Positions 1 to 27,127 of a stretch of 39,966 nucleotides of DNA are shown here, piece by piece. Made by a program: the position numbers and the translations under genes. How positions within the stretch are numbered: the stretch's first letter is position 1; each line of letters starts with the position of its first letter. This DNA comes from Amoebidium appalachense (Eukaryota > Protista > Ichthyosporea), in the NCBI GenBank assembly GCA_963693365.1, contig CAVNZM010000039.1:1-39966 (forward strand). The letters are read 5' to 3'. The notes below the pieces were generated by a model that saw only the letters and a program-made list of their open reading frames with translations, was not told the origin of the DNA and did not search any database.

Positions 1-197
1 TGTATCTCTATTAGGCACACTAGGACCCAAACTAGGATGTGCATGGAATGCGACCCAAACATCTTTGGAAGCATCCAATTATATATTTATCAACGTTTTA
101 ACTGTTGGGTGTCCGTTTGCAAACAGCGATATAAGTTCCTTCGACCACATAGCAAGCCACGATAGCACATTATCTTTCAGGTGAAGTATCACAGTTC

Positions 198-547
198 GGT
201 TTTATTTGTGGAAATTATTGACATAAATATTTTTCTGGGTAAACACGTAGGATGGGTGTTCAATACCAACATAACCATGTAGGCTTCATTTCGTGTTTTA
301 GCAGTTAGCGGTTGGCTGCCCGCACACGGGCACCTATTAGCCAGTCAAAACATCAGATACCACAGATCACTAGACCGAGTTATGATTGGCTCGGATCAGA
401 TTTCACATATCACTAGATCGATTTTTGATTGGTTCAGATCGGTAGGCTTAGGTATATAAGCACGACAGTTTTTAGCAGATCAGCAAGCTACAAACACATC
501 TTCTGTGTTTAGCATCCACAGCCTTACAGCTATATATTCCTTTTCAC
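198..547 (+). repeat. Split direct repeat A1 (350 bp)
   Basis: ggttttatttgtgg...ccttttcac recurs at 5078-5427 (offset 4880); no mismatch seen by eye. Confidence 0.95.
361..460 (+). promoter_or_regulatory. Putative Pol II promoter in repeat A
   Basis: Two imperfect ~43-bp repeats (361-400, 404-443), each with an inverted CCAAT box (gattgg), then TATATAAG at 453-460, about 130 bp before the gag ATG. Confidence 0.55.
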
Positions 548-586
548 TCCTTTTCATTCTCCCTATCTTTCCCTACGCCGGTCAGC

Positions 587-1756
587 ATGCCGCCGAAAAA
601 GCGCCAGGCCTCAGCCGCCGCCCCTGCCGCGGCACCTAAGCGCCTGACCCGCAGCGACCTCCGCCACAGGCTGACCAACGCTCCCGCGGACACTGACGCG
701 CCTCCAGCGGCCCATACCACCACGGACCCGGACCCGCCGGCTACTCTCCCCTCCACCCCTGAAGTCCCCCCTCAGGCCCCGCCGTCCCCGCAGATGACTT
801 CTCAAGACGCCGTCCTGGCCGCCCTCACCGCCATCAGCACCCAGATGGCTGGCGTCCTGGCTGCTCTCACCAACCGCGACCCTCCCGCGCCCCCCGCCGC
901 GCCCTCCACACCCGGGGAGGTTTCCCCGGGGCTGCATCTCGGCCCTGACCTGGACCTGCCTGCCCTGCCCGCGCCCCCCATCACAGGTGAGAACACTGGC
1001 GACATTCAGCCGGGCACACTCCCGCTTCCCCCCGCGGATGTGCTGGCAGATTTGCGCGCCAATCGTTTCGTCGACCTGTATAAGTTCACCCCCGCCGCCC
1101 TCCTGGCCCCATCCAAGAAAGGTCAGCATCTGCGCATGGCCGACGACGGCAGCATCGAGACTTTTCGCCAAGACAAACCCGTTCCCCTGCGTTCACTCGT
1201 CATTTGGATCCAAGCTTGGACCCATTACATGGCCGCCAAGCACCACCTCGGCCTTCCCACGGACAAAGACGTACTTTGGACTCAGCACATCACTCGCCTC
1301 AGCACCCGATACCCGTGGGCCCAGATCCACAACTATGACGTATACGCCCGCACCGTGGCCCACCAGCAGGGTCGGGCTCCGATCGAGTGCCCCAACCTGC
1401 TCGCCCAACTCCACCAGGATCTCCTCCTGCCACCCACCCTGCTCATCCAGGACGCATGTCAGCGCTGTGGCTTCCCCGACCACCCCAGCGCGGCCTGCCC
1501 CATGTACCCCAAGCCCGGCTGTGGTCTTGACGGCTTTAAGCCGCCCCACAAGCCCGGCGGGGGTCACACCCCTAACCGCCCTGGCCCGCAACCCGGCCCG
1601 GCCAAACCGGCCCGACCCGTGGATCTACCCGCGACGCACTGCAGGAATTTCCACATTAACGGTCGGTCCTGCGCTAAGCAGCCCTGCCCCTTCTCCCACG
1701 TGTGCCCGCTCTGCTCTGGCACACACCCCCGCAAAGACTGCAAGCACAATGCCTAG
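587..1756 (+). CDS. gag: Gag-like ORF1 of the retrotransposon
   Basis: 389 aa with ATG start, Pro-rich N-terminus, Cys/His knuckles (CQRCGFPDHPSAAC) and a C-terminal CRNFHINGRSCAKQPCPFSHVCPLCSGTHPRKDC finger typical of Ngaro/DIRS ORF1. Confidence 0.85.
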   Translation: MPPKKRQASAAAPAAAPKRLTRSDLRHRLTNAPADTDAPPAAHTTTDPDPPATLPSTPEVPPQAPPSPQMTSQDAVLAALTAISTQMAGVLAALTNRDPPAPPAAPSTPGEVSPGLHLGPDLDLPALPAPPITGENTGDIQPGTLPLPPADVLADLRANRFVDLYKFTPAALLAPSKKGQHLRMADDGSIETFRQDKPVPLRSLVIWIQAWTHYMAAKHHLGLPTDKDVLWTQHITRLSTRYPWAQIHNYDVYARTVAHQQGRAPIECPNLLAQLHQDLLLPPTLLIQDACQRCGFPDHPSAACPMYPKPGCGLDGFKPPHKPGGGHTPNRPGPQPGPAKPARPVDLPATHCRNFHINGRSCAKQPCPFSHVCPLCSGTHPRKDCKHNA

Positions 1757-2037
1757 TCTACGCGCACACCCACGCACACAGCTAGAACATAGGGGTTCGG
1801 AGCTAGGACACACGAGTACAGGGAAACGGAGCTCGGGAGAACGGGCCAATAGGGCTGAGTACAAAATTTCGCAGGCCAACTACGGCGCCCGCGCGCGTCA
1901 AGAATAAATGTCCCTATACAAAGACGTTTATTCTGGCCACTGCACATAATTTTACTCCCCCCCCCCCCCATCCCACGAGCCTCCCCCCCCCTTACACTCA
2001 CCTAGCACTCCCTCCCCCCCCCCTTTCTTCTACCGCT

Positions 2038-2152
2038 GTGTCCGCCCACACCCCCGCGTGCTCGGGCACATTCCCCTGCACAGGGCCCCGCTGCCCTCCC
2101 TGCCAACCCTCACTTGGGCCAAGCTGCCCTACTCTAACCCCCCGGGGCCCTG

Positions 2153-2190
<38 letters not shown>

Positions 2191-3873
2191 CTGCCGGGAT
2201 CTCCCCAAGGGTACACCACCCTTGCTAACCACCCCTTCCCCCGAGGCTCAGACCCGGAGGCCCGCCCGCTGCCCCAGCACCACATTGACACCTCCCGCCT
2301 CCGGGAACTGCTGGCCTCCTACCCGGACCAACCATTCGCCGCACAACTCCTCCACGATGTCGAATTCGGCGTCGACATCGGCTATCGCGGCCCCTCCACC
2401 TCTCGGGTGGGCCCCAACCTACCCACCACCCCGGAGGCAGCTGCCGCTATCACGGTGGATATTGCCAAAGAAGTCGCCCTCGGCCACCTGCGCGGCCCCC
2501 TCTCCCCGGCCCAATTCTTTGACGAATTTCCCGTCCACCGTTCCTCCCCCATCGGCGCCGTTACCAAGAAAGGGAACCCCCCCAAGTACCGTCGAATCCA
2601 CCACCTCTCCTGGCCCCGGGGTAGCAGTGTCAATGACAGCATCACCTACCCCGACGAACTTCAGTACATTCGCGCCCGGGATGTCACCCAACTCATTCTC
2701 GACGCAGGCCCCGGCTGCTACATGGCCGTGGCAGATGTGCAGGCTGCCTTCCGGCACATGCCCATCCGACCGGAAGACCACCACTTAATGGCATTCAAAT
2801 GGCAAGGGCATTTTTACGTTGAAACCAGACTGCCCTTCGGCCTGAAATCTAGCCCAGCCATCTGGGAACGGATCGCGGCCACCCTACAATGGCTGGCACA
2901 CCAGCACGGTATTACCCTCATCCGCCACTACGTAGACGACTGGATTATAGTCGCCCCCACACAACAGCAGTGCCAACGTCACCTATCCACCTTTCTGCAA
3001 CTCTGCCGAGAGCTGCACATTGCCATCTCCGAAGACAAGATGCAGGGCCCGGCTACCCGTGTCGTCTTCATCGGTATCGAATTCGACTCCATCGCCATGG
3101 AGGCACGAATCCCGGCTTCCAAGCTCTCGGACCTACTCGACCTCACTTCCCACCCAAAGCCCACCATCACCATTCGGGACCTCCAGTCCCTCCTCGGCAA
3201 ACTCACCTGGTGTGCCCAGCTGGTTCCCCCCGGGAGGGCCTTCTCCCAGCGCCTATGGGCCCTTCTCCGGACCCACCCACACCTTGCCGGCCACCACCAC
3301 ATACGACTGACTGCTGCCGCCCGGGCCGACATAGCCGAATGGCACCAGTTCCTCACATCATGGAATGGGGTGCACCTCATCACACCCCCCACATACACCA
3401 CCCTGGCCACTGATGCTGCCGGATCGGTGGGTCTAGGTGGCCACTGGCTCGACCAATGGTTCTTCATGCCCTGGTCCCCCTCCACCCAAGCCCTCTATGC
3501 TCATGAGGGTAAACTCGGTTCTTCCGTCATCGAACTCCTGGCCATCGCAGCCGCCGTGGCCCTCTGGGCCCCCTCCTGGTCCACCCACCATGTCCGTATT
3601 TTATGCGACAACACGGGTGCTGTGTCTGACCTGCACTCCCGGTCTTCCCCCCACCCCGTGATGGCCAAACTTATTCGGTTCATCACCCGCATGGAAATGC
3701 AATACCAATTTACGTTACAGGCATCCTACCTACCAGGACCCCTCAACCATCTGGCCGATGCCATTTCTCGTAACCAACTTCCCCGGGCCCGACGACTCCG
3801 ACCTTCCCTGCAACCGGAGCCCTGCCCCTTCCCCTCCTGGGTCCACGAGTTCCTATCCCTTCCCTTGGGCTAA
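2038..3873 (+). CDS. pol: Reverse transcriptase-RNase H
   Basis: RT motifs KYRRIHHLS, ADVQAAFRHMPI, RLPFGLKSSP, YVDD, FIGIEFD. RNase H motifs TDAAG, IELLAI, CDN, NHLADAISR. No upstream ATG, so the true start is uncertain. Confidence 0.95.
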
Positions 3874-3927
3874 CCCCCCCCCCCCCCCCCCCCCCCAGAT
3901 CTCCCGTTCCGGAGCAACACTGGCAGA

Positions 3928-4959
3928 TTGGCCCCCCACTTTGCTCCGGCCGAGCTGCTTCGAGCCACCACTACCCTGCAGGAATGCCAGGCCCTGAGTC
4001 TCAACCTCGACTCTCGGGCCTTTTACTCCCGGGTGCAAAAAGTGTTCATCGATTTCTGTGTGGCATCTCGGCTGCAATCCTCCTCCGGGTCCTCCCTCCC
4101 GGCCTCCCCACACACCGTGCAACTTTTTCTCGCCTGGTGTGCCCAACGAGGGGTACAGGCCTCTTCCTTAACCGGCTACAATTCGGCCATCACCAGGCTC
4201 CACCTCGACATGGGCCTCCCTGCTCCCTACCCCCACGACAAGTCTCTGGCCTGGTTCCTACGGGGGGTGGGCCGATGGCAGCTTTCTCACAACATCCGAC
4301 CCCGCTCATCCACCAGGGAACCCCTCCTCCCCTCCCACCTCCGCCTACTCCATGGCCAGTGCCCCACCAAGGCCTCCTCGGCCAATCTCCGGCTATGGAC
4401 GGCCCTCATCGTCGGTTTCTGTGGTCTCCTCCGTTCAGGGGAATTTACCTCCAAGACCCTGACTTCTTTCGACCCGTCCCGTCACGTTAAACGGAAGGAC
4501 GTGACCTTCAGCTACACCCCCACCGGTACTTTGTCCCATGCCACCCTCCACCTGCCAACCTCTAAGACGGATGTACAGGCCCGAGGTGTCAACGTCACCC
4601 TAGCTGCCCTGCCCCTCACCCACTTCTCCCCAGCCCATCTCCTCCGGCAGTTCCTGGATACAACGTCCGGTCAACCCGACGACCCCCTCTTCAGTCTCGG
4701 TGGCATCCCCTACACCAAGAGTGCTTTCTCTGCCGATTTCCGTGCCCTCCTCTCCCGGGCAGGCCTCTCACCCTCCCGGTTTGCCGGACACAGCCTCCGC
4801 ATCGGGGGGGCCACAGCACTGGCTGAGGCCGGGGTCGACGACTCCCGGATCAAACAACTCGGCAGGTGGTCCTCCGACTGCTTCCTGATCTATACCCGAC
4901 TTCGTCCGGCCTCCATTGCTGCCACCACCACACGTGTATTCGCCTCTATTCTTAAGTGA
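3928..4959 (+). CDS. Tyrosine recombinase (integrase)
   Basis: Catalytic set GLLRSGEF (R), SKTD (K), GHSLRIGGAT (HxxR), LGRWSS (W), LIY (Y). Called start is TTG; the frame is open from 3874. Confidence 0.95.
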   Translation: MAPHFAPAELLRATTTLQECQALSLNLDSRAFYSRVQKVFIDFCVASRLQSSSGSSLPASPHTVQLFLAWCAQRGVQASSLTGYNSAITRLHLDMGLPAPYPHDKSLAWFLRGVGRWQLSHNIRPRSSTREPLLPSHLRLLHGQCPTKASSANLRLWTALIVGFCGLLRSGEFTSKTLTSFDPSRHVKRKDVTFSYTPTGTLSHATLHLPTSKTDVQARGVNVTLAALPLTHFSPAHLLRQFLDTTSGQPDDPLFSLGGIPYTKSAFSADFRALLSRAGLSPSRFAGHSLRIGGATALAEAGVDDSRIKQLGRWSSDCFLIYTRLRPASIAATTTRVFASILK

Positions 4960-4987
4960 AACCTTTGGAGCAAGCATACTGCTCTCG

Positions 4988-5077
4988 TGCCGTGGTTTAC
5001 AACCATTGCAGGTTCACTTTCGTCCAAGGGGATGTCCCCCTAGAGGCAACACACGTCCCGGAGTAGTTTTTCATAGA
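4988..5077 (+). repeat. Split direct repeat B1 (90 bp)
   Basis: tgccgtggtttacaacc...tttttcataga, repeated at 5557-5646; directly abuts A2. Confidence 0.95.
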
Positions 5078-5427
5078 GGTTTTATTTGTGGAAATTATTG
5101 ACATAAATATTTTTCTGGGTAAACACGTAGGATGGGTGTTCAATACCAACATAACCATGTAGGCTTCATTTCGTGTTTTAGCAGTTAGCGGTTGGCTGCC
5201 CGCACACGGGCACCTATTAGCCAGTCAAAACATCAGATACCACAGATCACTAGACCGAGTTATGATTGGCTCGGATCAGATTTCACATATCACTAGATCG
5301 ATTTTTGATTGGTTCAGATCGGTAGGCTTAGGTATATAAGCACGACAGTTTTTAGCAGATCAGCAAGCTACAAACACATCTTCTGTGTTTAGCATCCACA
5401 GCCTTACAGCTATATATTCCTTTTCAC
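5078..5427 (+). repeat. Split direct repeat A2 (350 bp)
   Basis: Copy of 198-547. Confidence 0.95.
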
Positions 5428-5556
5428 CCACCCACCTACACCCACACACAACCCCCATTGATCCACACATACGTGCTGTTTTTTCACGGGGCGAAGCCTT
5501 CCCCCGTTTTTTGGGCACATGGACCTCACGGATCAATAAATTGATGACTGGGGGCT

Positions 5557-5646
5557 TGCCGTGGTTTACAACCATTGCAGGTTCACTTTCGTCCAAGGGG
5601 ATGTCCCCCTAGAGGCAACACACGTCCCGGAGTAGTTTTTCATAGA
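5557..5646 (+). repeat. Split direct repeat B2 (90 bp), right end of the element
   Basis: Copy of 4988-5077, preceded by AATAAA at 5535-5540. Confidence 0.95.
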
Positions 5647-6223
5647 TTGAGGGGTAGCAAACAAGCGACATGCTGGTTAATGAACGGAGCTGGGTACGGT
5701 AGTTCCACAACAGCAATTTGGAGTTTTGCAATTGTATGGGCATTGTTTAATGCACATTGTGAATAAAACATGAGATAAGTCTTACACAATACATCCTTAA
5801 ACAGGGTGCTTTACAAATTCCAGCTAACTGACCGACATGATGTTCACAACTATTACAGGCAAAGAAGCCCAATGTAACATAATAGAGCTGAAGAACGCTC
5901 TCAATCAGGCAGGCCATCCTGTGACTTTGGAAAGAGTTCAAAGGAGAAGTGGTATGAGCATCAGTCTACACGTGAAACATCACATACAATATACAAAGTA
6001 AAGGGTTATACAATACAACCTATCTAACTTACTATCACATCAATCACAACTTACCATCACATTCCAACGCTAACCCATGAAGACAAACAAGGAAAGATTG
6101 CCTCCTCCACTTCGCTACCCATTCATTAATTCAAACAGTATGGTTCAAAAAAGTATATAGTGTGGTAGAGCATGCCTAAGGATCGGATTGAGGTTAAAGC
6201 TTTAAGATGTTGTGGTCACCGTG

Positions 6224-20290
<14,067 letters not shown>

Positions 20291-21756
20291 GCTATGGTAT
20301 GAATCTCACCGAAACCACTGCAACTGCAAATGAGGGACAGCGGTGCGCAAGCCGGCTAAATCCACGAAAGGGTTGTAAGATTCTCAAGCCGACCCGGCGG
20401 CGTCAAACTCGGCCCTAACTTCAATGTACATTGTAATAATTTAACAAGGATGTTTGCATAGTGTTAGAGTATCAAATAGAATTTCATATGTGTCTGCATA
20501 TGTAGGCATATATTGGTCTACACACATGGCAGTTACTGTATGAGCTGTAAAGGATACTCCAATTCTACGGTATGTCAGAGAAATAAATTTCGAGCCCCAT
20601 ATGCTTCTTCATTCTGATTGGCTTTGAATACACATACTGCATGATACAGCATCTTAGATCTCTGCTTCCTATTGGATGAATGAAATGCACGTCGATCCCG
20701 AACCAAATTTCAGCTACTTTAGAGTGCATTCTAAACATCTCTGCTGTCTTCTCGGACTGAATATCCATTGCCAGAATCAAAGAAATAATAAATAATTTAT
20801 ACATGGAATATTCTAGGCACGCCAATTCTAGTTTTACGGAATAAATGAAGGCTCGAAAGGTTTGCACGGGTTGGCCTCGTGCGTTCCCATGAGTCTGATT
20901 GGTTGGTGGCATAAATCGTGCGAGTTTCCTAGCCGCTACTAGGGTTATGATCATGTCAAGGGTGCTTACTAAGTAGATTCCTTCTGATGTACGTTTACTT
21001 CCTTTTTATTTTATTTTTTTCACTTCTTTTTTTTTTGTTGTTGTTAATTAGGGTCTCTAATAACAATGTTTATCTCTTATCATGTGAGTTATTGCAATAA
21101 TCACTATACTGTCAATAGTCGTGTGTCTTACGATCTGATCATGGCTGAGGAATTTTGGTAACTTCCACTCTTTGAATGGCGTAGGCTCGGCCAATAAGAA
21201 AATGCGAGTTGGCCTTTTGCCACCCCAGCGCCAACTAGGACACATGTTGTCCTAGCGCGGTGGCAATGTGGCTTTAGGTGTCTTGTTCTTTGTTTGGTTT
21301 TTTCCAAAACATGTTCAACAGCAGGAGGTACGGGCTCCATTTTCGTACATCTCCAGAACTTTTCTACTACAAAATATGTTACGTTGACTCATTTATGCCA
21401 CAATGACACACTACCATATTTTCACACTTGAAAGATTCCTTTTTATGAACCATTAGGCACACATTCTGTTGTGCGGCATGTCACCGCGCCAGACTGGATA
21501 AAAAATATCCTGCCAATCAAAGCATTGTGTCGAGATCCTACTTGGCTATGTTTGACTGGCGAAAGATGCACCAAAACAGATCTGCATGCTCCCAGGGGAA
21601 CCTGACAACTAGCATTAGCATACATGCGAGAACACCCATGTGCCACACGTACCCAGTAACGACTTGTGTTTGTGACATTTTCAAGTGCATGGGATTCTAA
21701 TCTATCGTCTCAAGCATATGAACAGAGGAAATTACGTGTAGGTGAGGGCTTGTAAA
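20291..21756. promoter_or_regulatory. Divergent promoter/5' region shared by the MTase and transposase genes
   Basis: AT-richer, microsatellite-free interval between head-to-head genes, with CCAAT boxes (gattgg ~20677 and ~20897, ccaat ~21191 and ~21513) and TCCTAG/CTAGGA motifs at 20927-20944 and 21223-21255. Confidence 0.5.
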
Positions 21757-22807
21757 ATGGGCCCAATTGTGAGAAGCGGCCCTGTCAGGCCCGTGGGGAC
21801 ATGTCGAAGGCAGGGAGCCCCATTACAAAAAGACACGTTAACCACAGGCCCGAACGCTAGAAAAGTTCTTGGCGAGCTACAACAAAACTTCACATCTAAC
21901 TCAAGTGGTAACAATGCAAATGCAAAACGGGGCAGCATTGTTAATGATGGCTGCGCACGTGCACGCAAACGCACACGTATTGACACATGCAACAACACAA
22001 CGTTAGCAAACTGCAACAACCCGGCGAGTACCAGACAAATCAGCAGCAGTCAATTAGGTAGTGGCAGTGCGGAGGAGCTTTCTTTTTCAAGAGAAGCAAT
22101 GGATGCCGAAGAGGAGAATGCAAAAAGATTAATCGAAGAGGTGGAGGCACGGCGGCAACATGGGGTGGCCAGATCGAAGGCGGCGATGGCTGATAAATTA
22201 AAACGTAACCGTGCTGAGGCACAGCAGAGGGACCGAGTTACTACAGGGGCATTCCCGCCCACGCCCATAGGGTCTGCGCAACCTTTTCTGCCCGACACAA
22301 AAAAGAAGTTGTCAGAGGCAGCCATTGAAAGTGTCTTGGCTATGACTTGCAGGTAAAGAAAAATCACACTTCTGGCGCACATCATCTGAGACGGCGCATG
22401 TAAATTGACACTGTTTGAGCTAGCATTCCGTACATTCAATCATTAGTGGAATACTAGAGCGGAAGCCCGTGTGTGTGCCACATTCAAGTTCTGGTGCTCG
22501 TCAGCTCTGAGCCAACCAGTGGGGGGACTTGCTTCATTCTTACATTGCAGCTGCCTGTGGAATGCATAATGGGTGAGAAAATACTGTTATAGCTAGCTGT
22601 GATAGTATGATGACCGTCACGTAAGGGGTGGTATTGTACAGTATTCATTTGTTCTCATATGTCCTCCCTACTGCAGGTGCAATGACAACTGCTACGAGAG
22701 ATTCACGTCAGCGCAGGTGAAAAACCTGAGGACTCGGTGGCTCTGTTTGCCTCCGTCAGTTCGCAACCAGGCGCTGTTCGACTATATGACCCAGCATTTG
22801 TAAGCAG

Positions 22808-22843
<36 letters not shown>

Positions 22844-23463
22844 GAAATTATACCCAAATATATCTCTCAAGCCATTTTAACCCAGGCGAGGTAAGGCTAA
22901 AACAAGGCTAAAACAAGTACCCCCCCTTTTTTTATAGATATCACCCCCCCCCCCCCCCCCCCCCATCCCCCCTTTTATAGATATCAGGAGTCAATGACAT
23001 CCTAATACCTTAATGTTGCCGAATACTCGTCTAACGCTTGCCCATTAAATGCTCTGCTCACGGACGTACAATATGCAGTTCTTCTATACAGACACTTCTC
23101 GGTGCCATTGTGTGCAGTCCGGTATGAAGGGTGAACTCTGCATGCTGATGTACATAGATTATGATACTTCCCCTCGGATACAATCTCATCTCACCCCACG
23201 TAATTGCTACCATAGGGTGAAGCTTGGCAACAACAGCACGTCCCAGAACAAGTCTGGCGTCCAAGCGGGCAAGGTCGAGATACCGTGGATTCTGGACAAC
23301 ACAGGGGTAACCCAAACCCCCCCTCCCCCCCCCCCCCCCCTTCCCCCCCCCGAAACCCACACACACACACACACACACACGTAGTATACACACGCACCGC
23401 ACGCACACACGCATGCACGCACGCACGCACGCACACACACACTCAAGCATGCAAACACACGTG

Positions 23464-23496
<33 letters not shown>

Positions 23497-24655
23497 CAGT
23501 GCCACGCACACGCACACACACACACACACACACACGAACACACGAACAGGCACACACACACACACACACACACCTCATACGTACAAGCTCACACACATGC
23601 CCTCATGCACACATGCCCACACCCACACACCCACGCACCCACGCACCCACCCACGCACCCACGCACCCACACAATCAGCATCACACAGGCATATAACACG
23701 GCAGCAACTAATGTGGTTGCATCCAGAGTTCGGCACATACTACGCACAGAGTTCGGCAAACAGTTGTGCTTTTGTGCTGGTCCGGCCACACACACCACCC
23801 CAACCGCCAGTTTTTTATTTATTTTTTTTATTTTTATTTTAACACGTTTGGTTAACGTCATCCACCTGCTGCCGGAAGAGTGCATAGGACACAGTCCCAT
23901 TAGCTACGTTAGAACACCAACCGCCAGTGACTTATAAATTTTTAAATTTTGGATAAAACTTAAAAACTGAGATGTGCATGTGGACAGAAATTTTAAGCGT
24001 GTTTATAGGGAGAGAAGGAGAGAGCTCTAGATACACAAGAGGGTCAAAAAGGGGGACCGGGCCTGGACCACGTGATGGCTTCGTTGATGCTCATGCCAAC
24101 ACATGACGGTTGCCACGCGCGTGCAAATCTGAGAGAGAGAGAGAGAGGGAGAGAGAGGGGGAGAGAGAGAGAGGGGGGGGGGGAGAGAGAGAGAGAGTGT
24201 GTGTGTGTGTGTGTGTGTTGGGTGGGGGGGGGGGGGGGGGGAAGGGCTATTCGTTGGCAAGAGCCAGGAGAGACAGGGGGAAGAGTGGTGTCTATTGGTC
24301 TAATAAAGTAATGATGAATACCGGAGGGGGGGGGGGGGGGGGGATGGGGGATTGGGGCGGGGGGGGGGGGGGGGGGGGGAAGGGGGAGGAAAGAACGGGA
24401 GGGGAGGGGGGGGGGGGGGGGAGGCGAGGTCTGCCAGGCATAGAGAGGGAGATGCAGACAGAGGGGGAGGGGGGAGGGAGGAGGTGAATACCGGAGGGGG
24501 GGGGGGGGATGGGGGATTGGGGCGGGGGGGGGGGGGGGGGGGGGGAGAGGGGGAGGAAAGAACGGGAGGGGAGGGGGGGGGGGGGGGGGGGGGGCGAGGT
24601 CTGCCAGGCATAGAGAGGGAGATGCAGACAGAGGGGGGGGGGGGGGGGAGGGAGG

Positions 24656-24709
<54 letters not shown>

Positions 24710-25201
24710 GATGGGGGCAGGAAGGCCGGGGGAGGAGCGGGCCCGGGTGGGGAGAGCATGGAATGATAACATGTGTGAAGGAGCAGCGAGGTCGGTGAGG
24801 AAGAAGGGGAGGGGGGGGAGGGGAACAAGGTTAAGAAAAACAATACACCAAATGACCTCCCCCCCCCCCCCCCCCCCCCCGCCCACCGCCCCCTCCCCCC
24901 TCCCCATCCCATTCATTTCATCCCAGATCTGCCAAGAAGCATTCATCAACATCATGGGAATGTGCCGAAACACGTTCATGGCCAGAAAGAATGAATTCCT
25001 ACAAGGAGCTCGGTTTTACGTACATGGCAACACCGGTGAAGGCAACATCTCTTTGGCGGTGGAGAGATTTATTGCCTGGTTTTCCGAATTCATCGACCTC
25101 ATCGGTCAGTTGATGCCCGACACGTCTACGATACGCTTGCCGCCCGCTTACACCAAGGAAGAGATCTGGATGGAGTACGTCAGGGTGTGTATTTCATATA
25201 T

Positions 25202-25235
<34 letters not shown>

Positions 25236-25578
25236 ACCACATCTCAATGCATACACCTACACGCACGTACATACGCACACACGCAACTACGTACACGGAA
25301 TTACACACACATGCACACATGCACACATGCACACCGTTCTACACACACATACACACATACACGAACACGTATTATAAACATGCACGCTAACACATGCACA
25401 AGCATACACTGCTGGGCACAGCCACCCACCCACCCACCCGCTCACCTGCTAAACCTCATTCCCACACACAAACACACCCATAAACTGTCAGAGAGAGAGA
25501 GACACCGACCCCCCCCCCCCCCCCCCCCCCCCAACCCACACAGGCGCATGCAGCATCATATTGCTTCACATTACCTTA

Positions 25579-25611
<33 letters not shown>

Positions 25612-26218
25612 TTCTCGAACACAAAATCAATAGAACACAAACACACACACCCACACCCACCCACCCACCACCCCACCCACCCGCAGCCACACCCCTACAC
25701 TCACACCCACACCCAAACCCACACCCACATACGTATATAATTTGCTCTCCCCCCTCCCCCCCCCCCCCCCCCCTCCCCCCCCACAAGCACTCCTGCATAT
25801 ATGGTACAATGCAACCAAGGAAGCCCACGAACACACAAGCACAGGAAAACATGGCTGGGCATTCAGACACACCCACCCGCAAACCCACCCACCCATCCAC
25901 CAATCTACCCAAACAACCAAATTCCCGCGGGTCCACACACTCACTCATAAATCCACCTATTCACGAAACTTGCTTTATCTCACTCAGTGTCACCTGTTTA
26001 ACCTCATTACCCAGATACAAACACACCCAGGCACACACAGAGAGATACCAACCCACACAATGCCGTCCACCCACCCACACAGGCACATCCATCACAATGT
26101 CATATTGACCCACACTGCCTTACCCATGCCTTCACCATCGAAGCACACGTGGCATGCAATGGTGCACGTGAAACCCCACCTCCCCCCCCCCCCCCCCCCA
26201 TCCCCCCCCCTCCTTCCC

Positions 26219-26255
<37 letters not shown>

Positions 26256-27052
26256 CCGAACAACACACAAGCACTATGGCATCCTTATCAACATGCATAC
26301 ATACATAAACAACCTTTTGAAACACAAGCGTGTGACATGCATTTTATCGTACATTATTAACTTTTACAACCAGCACACTGCAACTCAGGAGGTTATGCAC
26401 ACACACATACACACATACCCACACACACACACAAACTTCAAACGACACACACATGCAATCACACACCACACAGCACATTACACATGTCCCTATTACCATC
26501 GAAGCAACACCCAAACACCCAAACAAACAAAGGGACATCCATTACGAAACACAAACACACACACACACAGGCACACAAGCACATACACACGTACACACGC
26601 ACAGTGTCAGGCACACACACATGCAAGGGCACCCACACACATACACACACGAAAACATCCATCCAAAACTCCACATTCGAAACACAACCTCTATTCTACC
26701 CATACAGATATTGTTACATAAATACTGACCTACGTCCGCTTGGAAAACACAGGATATCACAGCCGAGGACACAGCCAACCAAGAAGAATTCGAGGCACGG
26801 TGGGCACAGCTCCATCCCGATTTCGACGAACAGGAACATGTACTTGGCCCCGACCAGGCACGTCTCTCTCCCCCCCTCTGTGTGGCTGTGTACATGTGTG
26901 TGTACGTGTGTGCTTGTGTGTGTGTATGTGTTTTTTTTTTTTTTGGGGGGGGGGGGGGGGGGGGAGGGGGGGATGTGGAGGAAGACAACAGGGTGGGCAG
27001 TTTAAGCATGTGTGTGAGAATGTGTGCGTGTATGGGTACGTGTGTGCATGCT

Positions 27053-27127
<75 letters not shown>

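Larger units (their letters stand above)
198..5646 (+). mobile_element. Full-length tyrosine-recombinase retrotransposon (DIRS order, Ngaro-like) with split direct repeats
   Basis: Order is A1(198-547), gag, RT/RH, YR, B1(4988-5077), A2(5078-5427), spacer, B2(5557-5646). This is the A1...B1A2B2 layout of Ngaro/PAT elements. No methyltransferase domain follows RNase H, which favours Ngaro. No target-site duplication is visible. Confidence 0.95.

Noticed and set aside
987-4490. Overlapping alternative-frame ORFs in the retrotransposon (987-1907, 2222-2788, 2889-3413, 3984-4490)
   Set aside because: GC-rich shadow frames of gag, pol and YR with no recognisable motifs.
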